Below are positions 1-10,750 of a stretch of 64,000 bases of DNA, piece after piece. The stretch spans positions 11,222,001-11,286,000 of the forward strand of contig CM097887.1 in the NCBI GenBank assembly GCA_044892525.1, in the 5' to 3' direction. Each line of letters begins with the position of its first letter. Position 1 is the stretch's first letter. Source of the DNA: Schmidtea polychroa. Lineage: Eukaryota. The notes below the pieces were generated by a model. It searched no databases, had not been told where the DNA came from, and saw only the letters and a program-made list of their open reading frames with translations. Position numbers and translations under genes: made by a program.

Positions 1-2489
1 GCTTTTGAAGATCTGTTTGCTGTATTTAATGATATTATTTGTTGCTAAAGACCTTTCGATTTGATTCTCCACTGCTATCTATATGAATACTAAAAAATTG
101 TATTTTCATGCAAGAATTCCAGGCTCTTGAGGATCTGTTTGCTGTATTTAATGATATCATTTGTTGCTAAAGACGTTTCGATTTGATTCTCCACTGCTAT
201 CTATATGAATACTAAAAAATCGTATTTTCATGCCAGAATTCCAGGCTTTTGAAGATCTGTTTGCTGTATTTAATGATATTATTTGTTGCTAAAGACCTTT
301 CGATTTGATTCTCCACTGCTATCTATATGAATACTAAAAAATTGTATTTTCATGCAAGAATTCCAGGCTCTTGAGGATCTGTTTGCTGTATTTAATGATA
401 TCATTTGTTGCTAAAGACGTTTCGATTTGATTCTCCACTGCTATCTATATGAATACTAAAAAATTGTATTTTCATGCCAGAATTCCAGGCTCTTGAGAAT
501 CTGTTTGCTGTATTTAATGATATTATTTGTTGCTAAAGACCTTTGATTCTCCACTGCTATCTAAATGAATACTAAAAAATTGTATTTTCATGCAAGAATC
601 CAGGCTCTTGAGGATCTGTTTGCTGTATTTAATGATATCATTTGTTGCTAAAGACCTTTCGATTTGATTCTCCAAAAGAAGGGGGATTTAGGGGTAATAT
701 TTATTATGAACTCTCAACTTCACAAGCTATATTAAATTGATGTAAAATTAGTAAGTGGCAATAGCACTTGACTGTACTGTGCTTTATATTTAATGAAAAA
801 TTAGCAGCAAATGTATTGATGGAACCTTCAATTTCACAGATCTTGAAGTTTTACTTAGTTCAACAAATGAAGCACCCTATACTGCGTCAGGTTATATTTG
901 GTCTGTTGCTGCCACTGCTATCTATATGAATACTAAAAAATTGTATTTTCATGCAAGAATTCCAGGCTCTTGAGGATCTGCTTGCTGTATTTAATGATAT
1001 CATTTGTTGCTAAAGACGTTTCGATTTGATTCTCCACTGCTATCTATATGAATACTAAAAAATTGTATTTTCATTCAAGAATTCCAGGCTCTTGAGGATC
1101 TGTTTGCTGTATTTAATGATATCATTTGTTGCTAAAGACCTTTCGATTTGATTCTCCAAAAAACCTTAGAAGGGGAATAATAATTCTAGCAGTGATTTAG
1201 GGGTAATATTTATTATGAACTCTCAACTTCACAAGCTATATTTATTGGATAATGTAAAATTAGTGAGGGGCAATAGCACTTGACTGTACTGTGCGTTCTA
1301 TTTAAAAGAAAATCAGCGGCAAATGTATTGATGGAACCTTCAATTTCACAGATCTTGAAGTTTTACTTAGTTCAACAGATGAAGCACCCTATACTGCGTC
1401 AGGTTATATTTGGTCTGTTGCTGCCACTGCTATCTATATGAATACTAAAAAATCGTATTTTCATGCCAGAATTCCAGGCTTTTGAAGATCTGTTTGCTGT
1501 ATTTAATGATATTATTTGTTGCTAAAGACCTTTCGATTTGATTCTCCACTGCTATCTATATGAATACTAAAAAATTGTATTTTCATGCAAGAATTCCAGG
1601 CTCTTGAGGATCTGTTTGCTGTATTTAATGATATCATTTGTTGCTAAAGACGTTTCGATTTGATTCTCCACTGCTATCTATATGAATACTAAAAAATTGT
1701 ATTTTCATGCAAGAATTCCAAGCTCTTGAGGATCTGTTTGCTGTATTTAATGATATCATTTGTTGCTAAAGACGTTTCGATTTGATTCTCCACTGCTATC
1801 TATATGAATACTAAAAAATTGTATTTTCATGCAAGAATTCCAAGCTCTTGAGGATCTGTTTGCTGTATTTAATGATATCATTTGTTGCTAAAGACGTTTC
1901 GATTTGATTCTCCACTGCTATCTATATGAATACTAAAAAATCGTATTTTCATGCCAGAATTCCAGGCTTTTGAAGATCTGTTTGCTGTATTTAATGATAT
2001 TATTTGTTGCTAAAGACCTTTCGATTTGATTCTCCACTGCTATCTATATGAATACTAAAAAATTGTATTTTCATGCAAGAATTCCAGGCTCTTGAGGATC
2101 TGTTTGCTGTATTTAATGATATCATTTGTTGCTAAAGACGTTTCGATTTGATTCTCCACTGCTATCTATATGAATACTAAAAAATTGTATTTTCATGCCA
2201 GAATTCCAGGCTCTTGAGGATCTGTTTGCTGTATTTAATGATATTATTTGTTGCTAAAGACCTTTGATTCTCCACTGCTATCTAAATGAATACTAAAAAA
2301 TTGTATTTTCATGCAAGAATCCAGGCTCTTGAGGATCTGTTTGCTGTATTTAATGATATTATTTGTTGCTAAAGACCTTTCGATTTGATTCTCCAAAAGA
2401 AGGGGGATTTAGGGGTAATATTTATTATGAACTCTCAACTTCACAAGCTATATTAAATTGATGTAAAATTAGTAAGTGGCAATAGCACT
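1..2489. repeat. Complex satellite array, left block (runs off the window start)
   Basis: Tandem ~122-bp A monomer (CTGCTATCTATATGAATAC...GAATTCCAGG...GATTCTCCA; 116- and 121-bp variants). Longer B monomers occur at ~674, ~1158 and ~2396; the last is interrupted by the retrotransposon. Confidence 0.97.
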
Positions 2490-2527
2490 CTTTCTCTTTC
2501 AAAAATTTTTCTCGTGCAAGAATAAAA

Positions 2528-4435
2528 ATGAACATTTATGAAATTATCAAAACCGCCGTTAACCAGTGCTTAGCAGAATTGCTGCTATACAACATTCATA
2601 GCACTGGGCAGAAATCGGAGGATCTAAAGAACTACAATATTGAAGATACCAAAACTCCGGAAACAAATAATTCAACTTATATTGCAAAATCATCTAATTT
2701 TATTTCTAACAGGAATAACGACCAACCTCTGTCTGCTAGAACAGAGCCGTGCAAGCGCCCGGACGAACTCCATGCCAGAGACACTGAGAAGATGACCCAT
2801 AATGCCCCATCATCTAACCAGGATCCCAATCAGAGAACTTCATTGAACCAATGGACCCAAGGAACAAAGCCGAAGATTTTTAATGACAATCATGCCAAGG
2901 ATATTGGAAGAATGACTTCTAATATCCAATCTCTAAGACATGAGGATATAAATACAGCCGAACAGATATTTTCAATCAAAGAGGATGGGAGAATGACCTC
3001 CAATACAGTACAGGCAGACCCGGATGACTGGAAAACCTACTGCCCTGCTAGGAAGATCTATCTGCTATATAATAAAGGTAATTATAGTCAGAATTTGTAT
3101 AATAATAAATTAAATTATAACCTGAATTTAAATGATAATCTAAATAATATCTTAAATAAATTAAATTATAATGTATATAATAATGAAACAAACTGTAATT
3201 TGTATAATAATTTAAATAAATTAAATTTTAATAACTTAAACTTGAAATTAAAAGATAATTTAAATAATAATTTATATCCTACTAACTACTGTAATAATAA
3301 TTCTATATATAATGACCAATTTAATCTTAACTCAAATCTATATAGTAATAAAAATTTAAATAATAATTTATATCCTACTAATTACTATAATAATAATTCT
3401 ATATTTAATGACCAATTTAATTTTAATTCAAATCTATATAGTAATAAAAATCTAAATAATAATTTATATCCTACTAATTACTATAATAATAATTCTATAT
3501 TTAATGACCAATTTAATTTTAATTCAAATATATATCAATATATCTCCCAACATGATAAAAAACACGTAGACAATTTTAATACTTTTTTATCTAATAATAT
3601 TCATGATTTAATTATCTATAATTTAAAGAATGAGATAAATAATGAGAACGTAGTTTATAATTTAAAAAATGATTTATTTAATTTAATTAATAATAATATT
3701 GATGCTATTTCAACAAAGAATTTTTCTTTGTTTAAATATCATCAATATACTCACTCTTTCTCTTTCAAAAATTTTTCTCGTGTTCCTTCGGAACACGATA
3801 ATACACGCAGCTCGCCGGCCTACGGCCGACTCGCTCCTCACAAATCTGTAGCTTTCAGCGAAAATATTATTACTACTGATTATACCTCAGCCTCTTATAA
3901 GAACTCTGACCCAGAATACCTCCATAACATTGGTGAAATCGGAACCAATTTTTTTAGGGAAATTAAAAAACAATTTCTCCATCTTAAATCCTCAAACCCA
4001 CAAATGCTAACCGCCACCTATATCTGTTTCTTCAAGGACCTTAATAGCAATTACCGTAAACTGATAGATATCCTTGAACCATCCAATAGCGACAAACCAC
4101 CTTTTGATCTGAGGCTTATACCCTACCACAATAATAAGTATCTCATTAAAAATTATAATTCCATATTAACAAACCTTAATAATTACCTCTTTAAGGATAT
4201 CCATACCCAATTAAAAAATAACAATAAAAAAGTAAACTCTTTTATTGTTAGAAATTTCTTCTATATACTATATATTAACTACCGACAATTGACCTCAATA
4301 TTATTTGAGAAGGCAACTCTTGCAGATGATGTAGATGCAGAAATCTCACCTACAAATGATAAAAATAATCCTAACTCAAAAGAAATCAACAATATTAATA
4401 CCGAAAATTCTACATCTCTTGCAGGCATTGCATAA
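2528..4435 (+). CDS. Retrotransposon N-terminal ORF segment, Asn-rich low-complexity protein (635 aa), function unknown
   Basis: 635 stop-free codons in very AT-rich DNA. In frame with the two downstream ORFs; ends at TAA 4433-4435. Confidence 0.62.
   Translation: MNIYEIIKTAVNQCLAELLLYNIHSTGQKSEDLKNYNIEDTKTPETNNSTYIAKSSNFISNRNNDQPLSARTEPCKRPDELHARDTEKMTHNAPSSNQDPNQRTSLNQWTQGTKPKIFNDNHAKDIGRMTSNIQSLRHEDINTAEQIFSIKEDGRMTSNTVQADPDDWKTYCPARKIYLLYNKGNYSQNLYNNKLNYNLNLNDNLNNILNKLNYNVYNNETNCNLYNNLNKLNFNNLNLKLKDNLNNNLYPTNYCNNNSIYNDQFNLNSNLYSNKNLNNNLYPTNYYNNNSIFNDQFNFNSNLYSNKNLNNNLYPTNYYNNNSIFNDQFNFNSNIYQYISQHDKKHVDNFNTFLSNNIHDLIIYNLKNEINNENVVYNLKNDLFNLINNNIDAISTKNFSLFKYHQYTHSFSFKNFSRVPSEHDNTRSSPAYGRLAPHKSVAFSENIITTDYTSASYKNSDPEYLHNIGEIGTNFFREIKKQFLHLKSSNPQMLTATYICFFKDLNSNYRKLIDILEPSNSDKPPFDLRLIPYHNNKYLIKNYNSILTNLNNYLFKDIHTQLKNNNKKVNSFIVRNFFYILYINYRQLTSILFEKATLADDVDAEISPTNDKNNPNSKEINNINTENSTSLAGIA
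3257..3537 (+). repeat. 96-bp (32-aa) in-frame tandem repeat, ~3 copies
   Basis: NLNNNLYPTNYYNNNSIFNDQFNFNSNLYSNK repeated with starts near 3257, 3353 and 3449. Confidence 0.93.
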
Positions 4436-4480
4436 CCTGATATTTTACCCACTCTCCCAGCTAAAACTACTATCATTAAT

Positions 4481-6220
4481 ATGACAAATAATAGATATGC
4501 CTCCCTGATAGACAATATGGACATGGAATATACCACAAATAATTCTACTAAAAAAAATATCTCATTAATTAATAAAGTAACATGTAGTAGACCACATTTT
4601 TCCAAGCCTATTCCGAATCTTTCTTGTCCTAAGGTTATCGGACCCAATGAAAAACTCCTTAAAAAGGTTAGATATATTAAATCTAATACTATGAATAATG
4701 CCTCCTCTTCCCACACCCCAGAAGATACTTCATCATGCCCTAGCTTATCTGAACTATCTTATGACCCTGACAGTGACTCCTCCTGTTCGGAGATCAGTAT
4801 CGACACTTCCTCCTCGAAACACTCCAAAATTAGTATAGATACCTCACATTATAGTTGCTACTTTGACGACACAATAGAATCCCCTATATCAGACCGAGAG
4901 GATGTTAGACCTCCAGAATACCCAAGCGATCTATTCAACTCCGACTGTGATGACGTCGTACTCTCTAGCAGTACCTCTGACCAAAGCTCTATCAATGAAC
5001 CTCCTTCCTCAAACGCCCCTCTCTTAGCCCTTCCTACTAACAACCCCTCACCTCCTCTGCCCGAGAAATCCAACTCTTATAACCTTACCCTACCTACCGA
5101 CTCAATCGAGGAACCCAAAATATATCCCTCAGTTAGACCATCACCGCTAGATGACTCTGCAACCATAACCCCTGTTAGGCAAGAAAAGAAAACCTACAAC
5201 TTTCATTCCTCCGAAAACATTGACCTTGATAGATCATACCCTATTCCTAAAAGGCTTATCCCTGTCGAAAACACTGAACGCAATTCACCAAACCTTATAA
5301 ACCTGAAGGACACTATACCCTCTGCTAAAGAGACACCAAAATACGCAACCACATCCACTCCCATCCACCACAGAAAAGACATAAAATTCCAAAAAAGCCT
5401 AGAGGTTAGAGGTAAAAAGTACACTCTAAAACCCCCCACCTTAGACCTCATAAAGACGAGAAAAACTATAATAAATAAAGATACAATGTCCAAAGACATA
5501 AATGATGAAATATTATACTACTTTGATCTACGGGGCAAATTACAGTGCCGTGGATGCCACCATACTTCTTTTTGTGGACAAATTTCTGCCACTGATATTG
5601 ATAGGATTAGGTCACACGCCCAAGAAATTCACAACATCGCTATAACCTACGACTCTTTGATCGACTGCCACCAATGTAGACCCAAAGGGGAAGGAAGCCG
5701 ATCTATCTTGAACACCATCACCCTTAGAAACCTTTATAACCACATCGACCAATTTGAGCACCACTGTAGTGTAAACAAGGACTTCCTTAAGACTATTACC
5801 CTGAAAATTACTTCCGCAAACCGTTTTTTATGCCACAATCTAAACAAAAACTGCAACAAGTGCTTCCAATCCTTCGACATTGACACACCCTTAGATACAA
5901 TAAATACACATATGATAAAACATCATAAAAATTTAAAATTCGACATCAATCTAAAAATTAATTGCTTCTGTGGAGAGTGGATAAAATATCAGGACTCCAA
6001 AAACCATATTGAGGATCATCACCCCAATAAGGAGACCTCGAATAGCCCCGTGAATAATGACTACAGTAATAACGTAAATATTAATACTAAAAATAACCTT
6101 TTTAATGATATTCTGGATACGCAAGAGGCAATCCTATCACCTCTAAATAATGAAATCATAAATAGGGACATACCTGACAACATCCTATTTACTAATAATA
6201 TTGATAGGGAGGCTGCATGA
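4481..6220 (+). CDS. Retrotransposon ORF segment: Ser/Pro-rich linker plus four C2H2-type zinc fingers
   Basis: CRGC...HAQEIH, CHQC...HIDQFEH, CNKC...HMIKH and CFC...HIEDH at 5546-6022. The frame is open from 4436; it ends at TGA 6218-6220. Confidence 0.8.
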   Translation: MTNNRYASLIDNMDMEYTTNNSTKKNISLINKVTCSRPHFSKPIPNLSCPKVIGPNEKLLKKVRYIKSNTMNNASSSHTPEDTSSCPSLSELSYDPDSDSSCSEISIDTSSSKHSKISIDTSHYSCYFDDTIESPISDREDVRPPEYPSDLFNSDCDDVVLSSSTSDQSSINEPPSSNAPLLALPTNNPSPPLPEKSNSYNLTLPTDSIEEPKIYPSVRPSPLDDSATITPVRQEKKTYNFHSSENIDLDRSYPIPKRLIPVENTERNSPNLINLKDTIPSAKETPKYATTSTPIHHRKDIKFQKSLEVRGKKYTLKPPTLDLIKTRKTIINKDTMSKDINDEILYYFDLRGKLQCRGCHHTSFCGQISATDIDRIRSHAQEIHNIAITYDSLIDCHQCRPKGEGSRSILNTITLRNLYNHIDQFEHHCSVNKDFLKTITLKITSANRFLCHNLNKNCNKCFQSFDIDTPLDTINTHMIKHHKNLKFDINLKINCFCGEWIKYQDSKNHIEDHHPNKETSNSPVNNDYSNNVNINTKNNLFNDILDTQEAILSPLNNEIINRDIPDNILFTNNIDREAA

Positions 6221-6382
6221 TGGTCACAACACTCTATCAAGGCCTTCATCTTTTCCTTTGCCATCAGACCTACCACCATCTTCGTCGACCCCTATATAGG
6301 TAACGCTCTTATACAACACAACTACAAGACCTTCTTTGAAACCTTTCCTTTCAAAGACTTCTCTGATTGGAACGAGATCATC

Positions 6383-9300
6383 ATGCCAATGTGTCATGCT
6401 AAAGACAATTGGTTCTTCTTCTTCCTAGACAAACGCCGAAAGCTGGCAGTACTTATTGACCCTACAACCGATGAAAGTCCTTCTATCCACCTTTCACTTG
6501 CCAATAGTATCCTCGAAACCATCTTAGACCTACAGAAAATTGTCTCCCCTATCACTATCCATCTTCAATACCCCGAATATCCTAGATGCAGCACTCCTAA
6601 TGAATCAGCCTTCTTTATATGCCACATGATTGAATGCCTCATGAAAAATGATAGGATCACCTCACCTAACATCCAGAATATGATTAATAGGATTAAAATT
6701 GTAATTAAAAAAATACTAAATAACAGAATGGCTAGTGATGATGTGCGAAAATATCGCCCATTTATCAGTAGCCTTATAATTAATCTAAATAATGATACAA
6801 CAGACTGTGAATCAGTCCTTTGCGAAATTAATAAAATTAATGAAAACATTAACCCTAAAAAATACATCAATAAAATTCCTGCAGACATCACCCATAAAGC
6901 GAGGAAAAACGCCAATGAACTACTATTTGTCAAAAGAAATAGGTATAAGTTTAATCCAAAGGAGGAAATAAGCAAAATATTAAATAATGAAACCTGTCTT
7001 CAAAAACCCACTATGAAAAATCTTCTAAAACTCTTTGCAGGAGGCATAACCACCTGCCAAACTTTCTCCATAAACCTTCAATGCTCATATCCTGAAACTT
7101 ACTCCTCCACTCCATTTGATCTTGATGATATTAAATACATCCTATCCCAACTTGCAAACACTGCCCCTGGCCTTGACCTTATTACTCTTGCCAACTGGAA
7201 GAAAATATCGCCGGATCATGAACTAATACTATCGATATGCAACAATATCCAACGGAACTCCATATGCCCACCCTCTTGGAAAACCTTCCGTACTAAACTT
7301 ATCCTCAAAGCTGGGAAAAATGAAATTAGCCATGAAGCCAGCTCATGGAGACCCATATCCATTATGAACACCATCTATCGTATCTTCTCCTCTCTCCTCA
7401 ACAATAGACTCCTGGGGTGGATTAAGGAAGGTAATCTTATCTCTAACAATCAAAAAGCGATCGGTGCTCCTGATGGCTGCGCTGAACACAACTTTATCCT
7501 TCAACTTATCAAAGATGCCTCTAATCGCGATAAATCTGACCTACATATTATTTGGTTAGACATCACTGATGCCTTTGGTTCCTTACCACATGACCTTATC
7601 TGGTACACACTATCTAAAATGGGCCTTCACCCAAACTCCATCCAACTTATTAAAAGCATGTACGACCAAGTTAACACCATCTTCGACTGTGAAGGGGAAA
7701 CCTCGCCTTCTGTTCCGATTCTTAAAGGGGTAAAACAAGGATGCCCCTTATCTATGACTCTCTTCTGTCTCTCAATAGACTTCATTATTAAAAACATCCT
7801 AATCTCTCACCCCTTTATCCTAGGAGAAATGAATATAGGTATCCTCGCATACGCTGACGACATAGTACTTATATCTGACTCTTACCCCTCAATCAACTCT
7901 GCCCTACTTGAAACTATCCGCCTTGCTTCACTAGCCAACCTCAAATTTAAACCCTCTAAATCTGGCTACTTCCATCTTAACCATAACTCAAGCTACCACC
8001 CCATAAAACTTTATAACGAGATCATTCCTAAGGTAGATGACTCAAACTTCTACAGATACCTAGGGGTTGACTTCTCCCTCAAAAAACGACACAATATTGA
8101 TGAAACACTCGAATGTGCTCTCACGGATACTGAAAAAATTCTCAAATCACACCTTCATCCATCCCAGAAAATTAATGCCTTTAAAATCTTTATCCACTCA
8201 CGTCTTATCTTCCCCTTCCGCAACTGTGAAATACTCCACAACATTCTTGAATCCCATAAAAACAACATCATAAAAGATAGGAACCCACAAAAAGGCTTTG
8301 ACAATAAGATCAGAAAACTAATAAAAATAGCTCTCGGAGATCGGTTACTCCAAATAAATAATAACTTTCTCTATGCCTCGATAAAAATGGGTGGAATGGG
8401 TCTCACCTCAGCCATTGATGAATATATAATTCAAGGCATTGTACACCTCTCTCGTGCACTAAACTCTACAGATACATCCTTCCGCAACCTTATCCTCTCA
8501 GAACTTGCACTAGCAAGAGGCCAGGGCAATCTTGAAGCAGCTCTCTACTGGATTAATGGCAATACTTCAAAATCATTCCAGCACCGCTCAATATTTCTAA
8601 AATTTAAAAAATCTGCTGACCTACTCCGTCGGAAATATGGAATTCATGCTAAAATCCTCCTACTAGACAACTCATATCAGCTCGAAATCCGATACAAAGA
8701 CAGGATAAATTACTTCCAAAGTGACAATGTAAACACTATCTCCTCTGAAATTCATTCCATCATTAGCCTCATACACACTGAAAAATGGGCCCTCCTAACG
8801 TACCAAGGCCATATTGCAAAATCAATTTGTAATAGCACCACAGCTGGCTACCTCATAAAAACCGATATTCTGACCGATGCCCAATTCTTCTTCCTTATCA
8901 GAGCACGTAACAACCTTCTAGAACTAAACTTTACGCCCCATAGACTTAAATCCAAAAAATCTATACAATGTAGACAATGTAACTCACACCCTGAAACCCA
9001 AGCGCATATCTTTAACCACTGTCCAGCAAAGATAAACGCGCGTAGAAACAAACACTCCCGGGTCTTAGATGCCGTTAGTGAATTCCTCCTTAACCTCAAC
9101 TTCTACTTAGACATCGAAATAACTCCTCTTGGCATACCCACTCTGCTCAAACCCGACCTCATTATAAGATCCATGAGGAACAACAATAACCACATCCTAG
9201 ATATCAAAGTCCCCTATGAACAGAGAGAAAACTTTAAAAGGGTGACCAATGATAACTATGCAAAATATGCCAACCTGGCTATCCAAATTGAAAAGGCACA

Positions 9301-9487
9301 TAAAGTCAAAACCACCATCTCCGCACTTGTAATTGGCACCCTTGGCTCCTGGGACTCTAACAATGACCAGATACTTAGAAAAATAGGACTCTCTAAATCT
9401 GAAATTAAAGGACTGTCACAGAAAGCCTGCACAGCTGCAGTGGTGAGTAGCTACCACATACTTAGAGAACATACCCTTAAGGATTAA
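6383..9487 (+). CDS. Reverse transcriptase with CCHC knuckle and restriction-like endonuclease; N-terminal Ulp1-like domain (frame open from 6221)
   Basis: RT motifs APGLD, WRPISI, WLDITDAFGSLPH, GVKQGCPLS, YADD (~7850) and YRYLGV. CRQC-x8-H-x4-C at ~8969. RLE motifs HSRV, PDL (9152), DIK (9200), YAKY and GTLGSW. Confidence 0.97.
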   Translation: MPMCHAKDNWFFFFLDKRRKLAVLIDPTTDESPSIHLSLANSILETILDLQKIVSPITIHLQYPEYPRCSTPNESAFFICHMIECLMKNDRITSPNIQNMINRIKIVIKKILNNRMASDDVRKYRPFISSLIINLNNDTTDCESVLCEINKINENINPKKYINKIPADITHKARKNANELLFVKRNRYKFNPKEEISKILNNETCLQKPTMKNLLKLFAGGITTCQTFSINLQCSYPETYSSTPFDLDDIKYILSQLANTAPGLDLITLANWKKISPDHELILSICNNIQRNSICPPSWKTFRTKLILKAGKNEISHEASSWRPISIMNTIYRIFSSLLNNRLLGWIKEGNLISNNQKAIGAPDGCAEHNFILQLIKDASNRDKSDLHIIWLDITDAFGSLPHDLIWYTLSKMGLHPNSIQLIKSMYDQVNTIFDCEGETSPSVPILKGVKQGCPLSMTLFCLSIDFIIKNILISHPFILGEMNIGILAYADDIVLISDSYPSINSALLETIRLASLANLKFKPSKSGYFHLNHNSSYHPIKLYNEIIPKVDDSNFYRYLGVDFSLKKRHNIDETLECALTDTEKILKSHLHPSQKINAFKIFIHSRLIFPFRNCEILHNILESHKNNIIKDRNPQKGFDNKIRKLIKIALGDRLLQINNNFLYASIKMGGMGLTSAIDEYIIQGIVHLSRALNSTDTSFRNLILSELALARGQGNLEAALYWINGNTSKSFQHRSIFLKFKKSADLLRRKYGIHAKILLLDNSYQLEIRYKDRINYFQSDNVNTISSEIHSIISLIHTEKWALLTYQGHIAKSICNSTTAGYLIKTDILTDAQFFFLIRARNNLLELNFTPHRLKSKKSIQCRQCNSHPETQAHIFNHCPAKINARRNKHSRVLDAVSEFLLNLNFYLDIEITPLGIPTLLKPDLIIRSMRNNNNHILDIKVPYEQRENFKRVTNDNYAKYANLAIQIEKAHKVKTTISALVIGTLGSWDSNNDQILRKIGLSKSEIKGLSQKACTAAVVSSYHILREHTLKD

Positions 9488-9736
9488 TACTTTACTATTA
9501 TATATACCTACCTAAACAAAGCATTACCATATTATATATTATACATTATCGTTATACTATAAATAGCTCATAAATAAACTGTCTTGTAAAACTACTAAAC
9601 AATACTATATAACTATATCCACAACTAAAGCAGCCTAACCTCCTTTGGATTAACCTTACAAAACCTATAACTAAATAATTACAAATAACTAACCTACTAT
9701 AGCCAACTAATAAATAAATAACTAACTACCTATTAC

Positions 9737-10087
9737 NNNNNNNNNNNNNNNNNNNNNNNNNNNNNNNNNNNNNNNNNNNNNNNNNNNNNNNNNNNNNNNN
9801 NNNNNNNNNNNNNNNNNNNNNNNNNNNNNNNNNNNNNNNNNNNNNNNNNNNNNNNNNNNNNNNNNNNNNNNNNNNNNNNNNNNNNNNNNNNNNNNNNNNN
9901 NNNNNNNNNNNNNNNNNNNNNNNNNNNNNNNNNNNNNNNNNNNNNNNNNNNNNNNNNNNNNNNNNNNNNNNNNNNNNNNNNNNNNNNNNNNNNNNNNNNN
10001 NNNNNNNNNNNNNNNNNNNNNNNNNNNNNNNNNNNNNNNNNNNNNNNNNNNNNNNNNNNNNNNNNNNNNNNNNNNNNNNNNNNNNNN
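9737..10087. other. Assembly gap (N run)
   Basis: 351 N. Confidence 1.
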
Positions 10088-10536
10088 ATTACTATATATA
10101 TCATTATTTATCACTACGGTACTAATTGTAATTGTCAATCACCGAATGGGTTAATGTAGGAACCCTTGTAGGGGTTCTGCCTATTTGGTGGTCTTTTTAG
10201 TTGTCCATATCAATATTATAATCATTATTACTATACTATGATCTACTATTATTGCTACTATTATTACTATTATTCCAATATTACTATTATTACCCCAACC
10301 TCCACCACCTCCTTTTAATGTATACTATAATAAGTAGCTATTATCGCTATAAACCTCGCAAGGGAGCCTTCCTGCTCCAACATTTTACATTTTAGTAACC
10401 CAATCACAACTGAATCACTCCTATGATCAAATTCCGGAACACACTAATATCCCCACTGATCCTATGCTCACTGCAAATGGCCGACATCCACAAATATCTA
10501 CCACATCATTGAACAACCTGCGACCAAACCTCGGAA

Positions 10537-10750
10537 CCTATGACCTCAACAGATACCCGATCTCTCCCACCACAAAGAAGATTTGCCATATAATATAAAA
10601 AGATCCTGAGAATCTCTTCGCACTCCGGTCCAACTACTACATCCTACAATGATCTCAACTACTACCTGATCTCTCCAACCACAATAGAAGATTTGCGATA
10701 AATGAAAGTCCTGAGAATCTCACCACAGTCCGGTCCAATTACTCCACTCT
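10537..10750 (+). repeat. ~109-bp diverged tandem duplication in the retroelement 3' region
   Basis: Two copies of TGA(C/T)CTCAAC...GATCTCTCC...AGAAGATTTGC...CCTGAGAATCTC...CCGGTCCAA. Confidence 0.8.

Noticed and set aside
2396-2489. Target site as SL RNA, U2 snRNA or rDNA
   Set aside because: No GGTTTAATTACCCAAG SL1 leader, U2 branch-pairing sequence or 28S R2 site is visible in the monomers.
4279-9099. Minus-strand ORFs within the retroelement
   Set aside because: Shadow ORFs produced by the strong A/C strand bias; no motifs.
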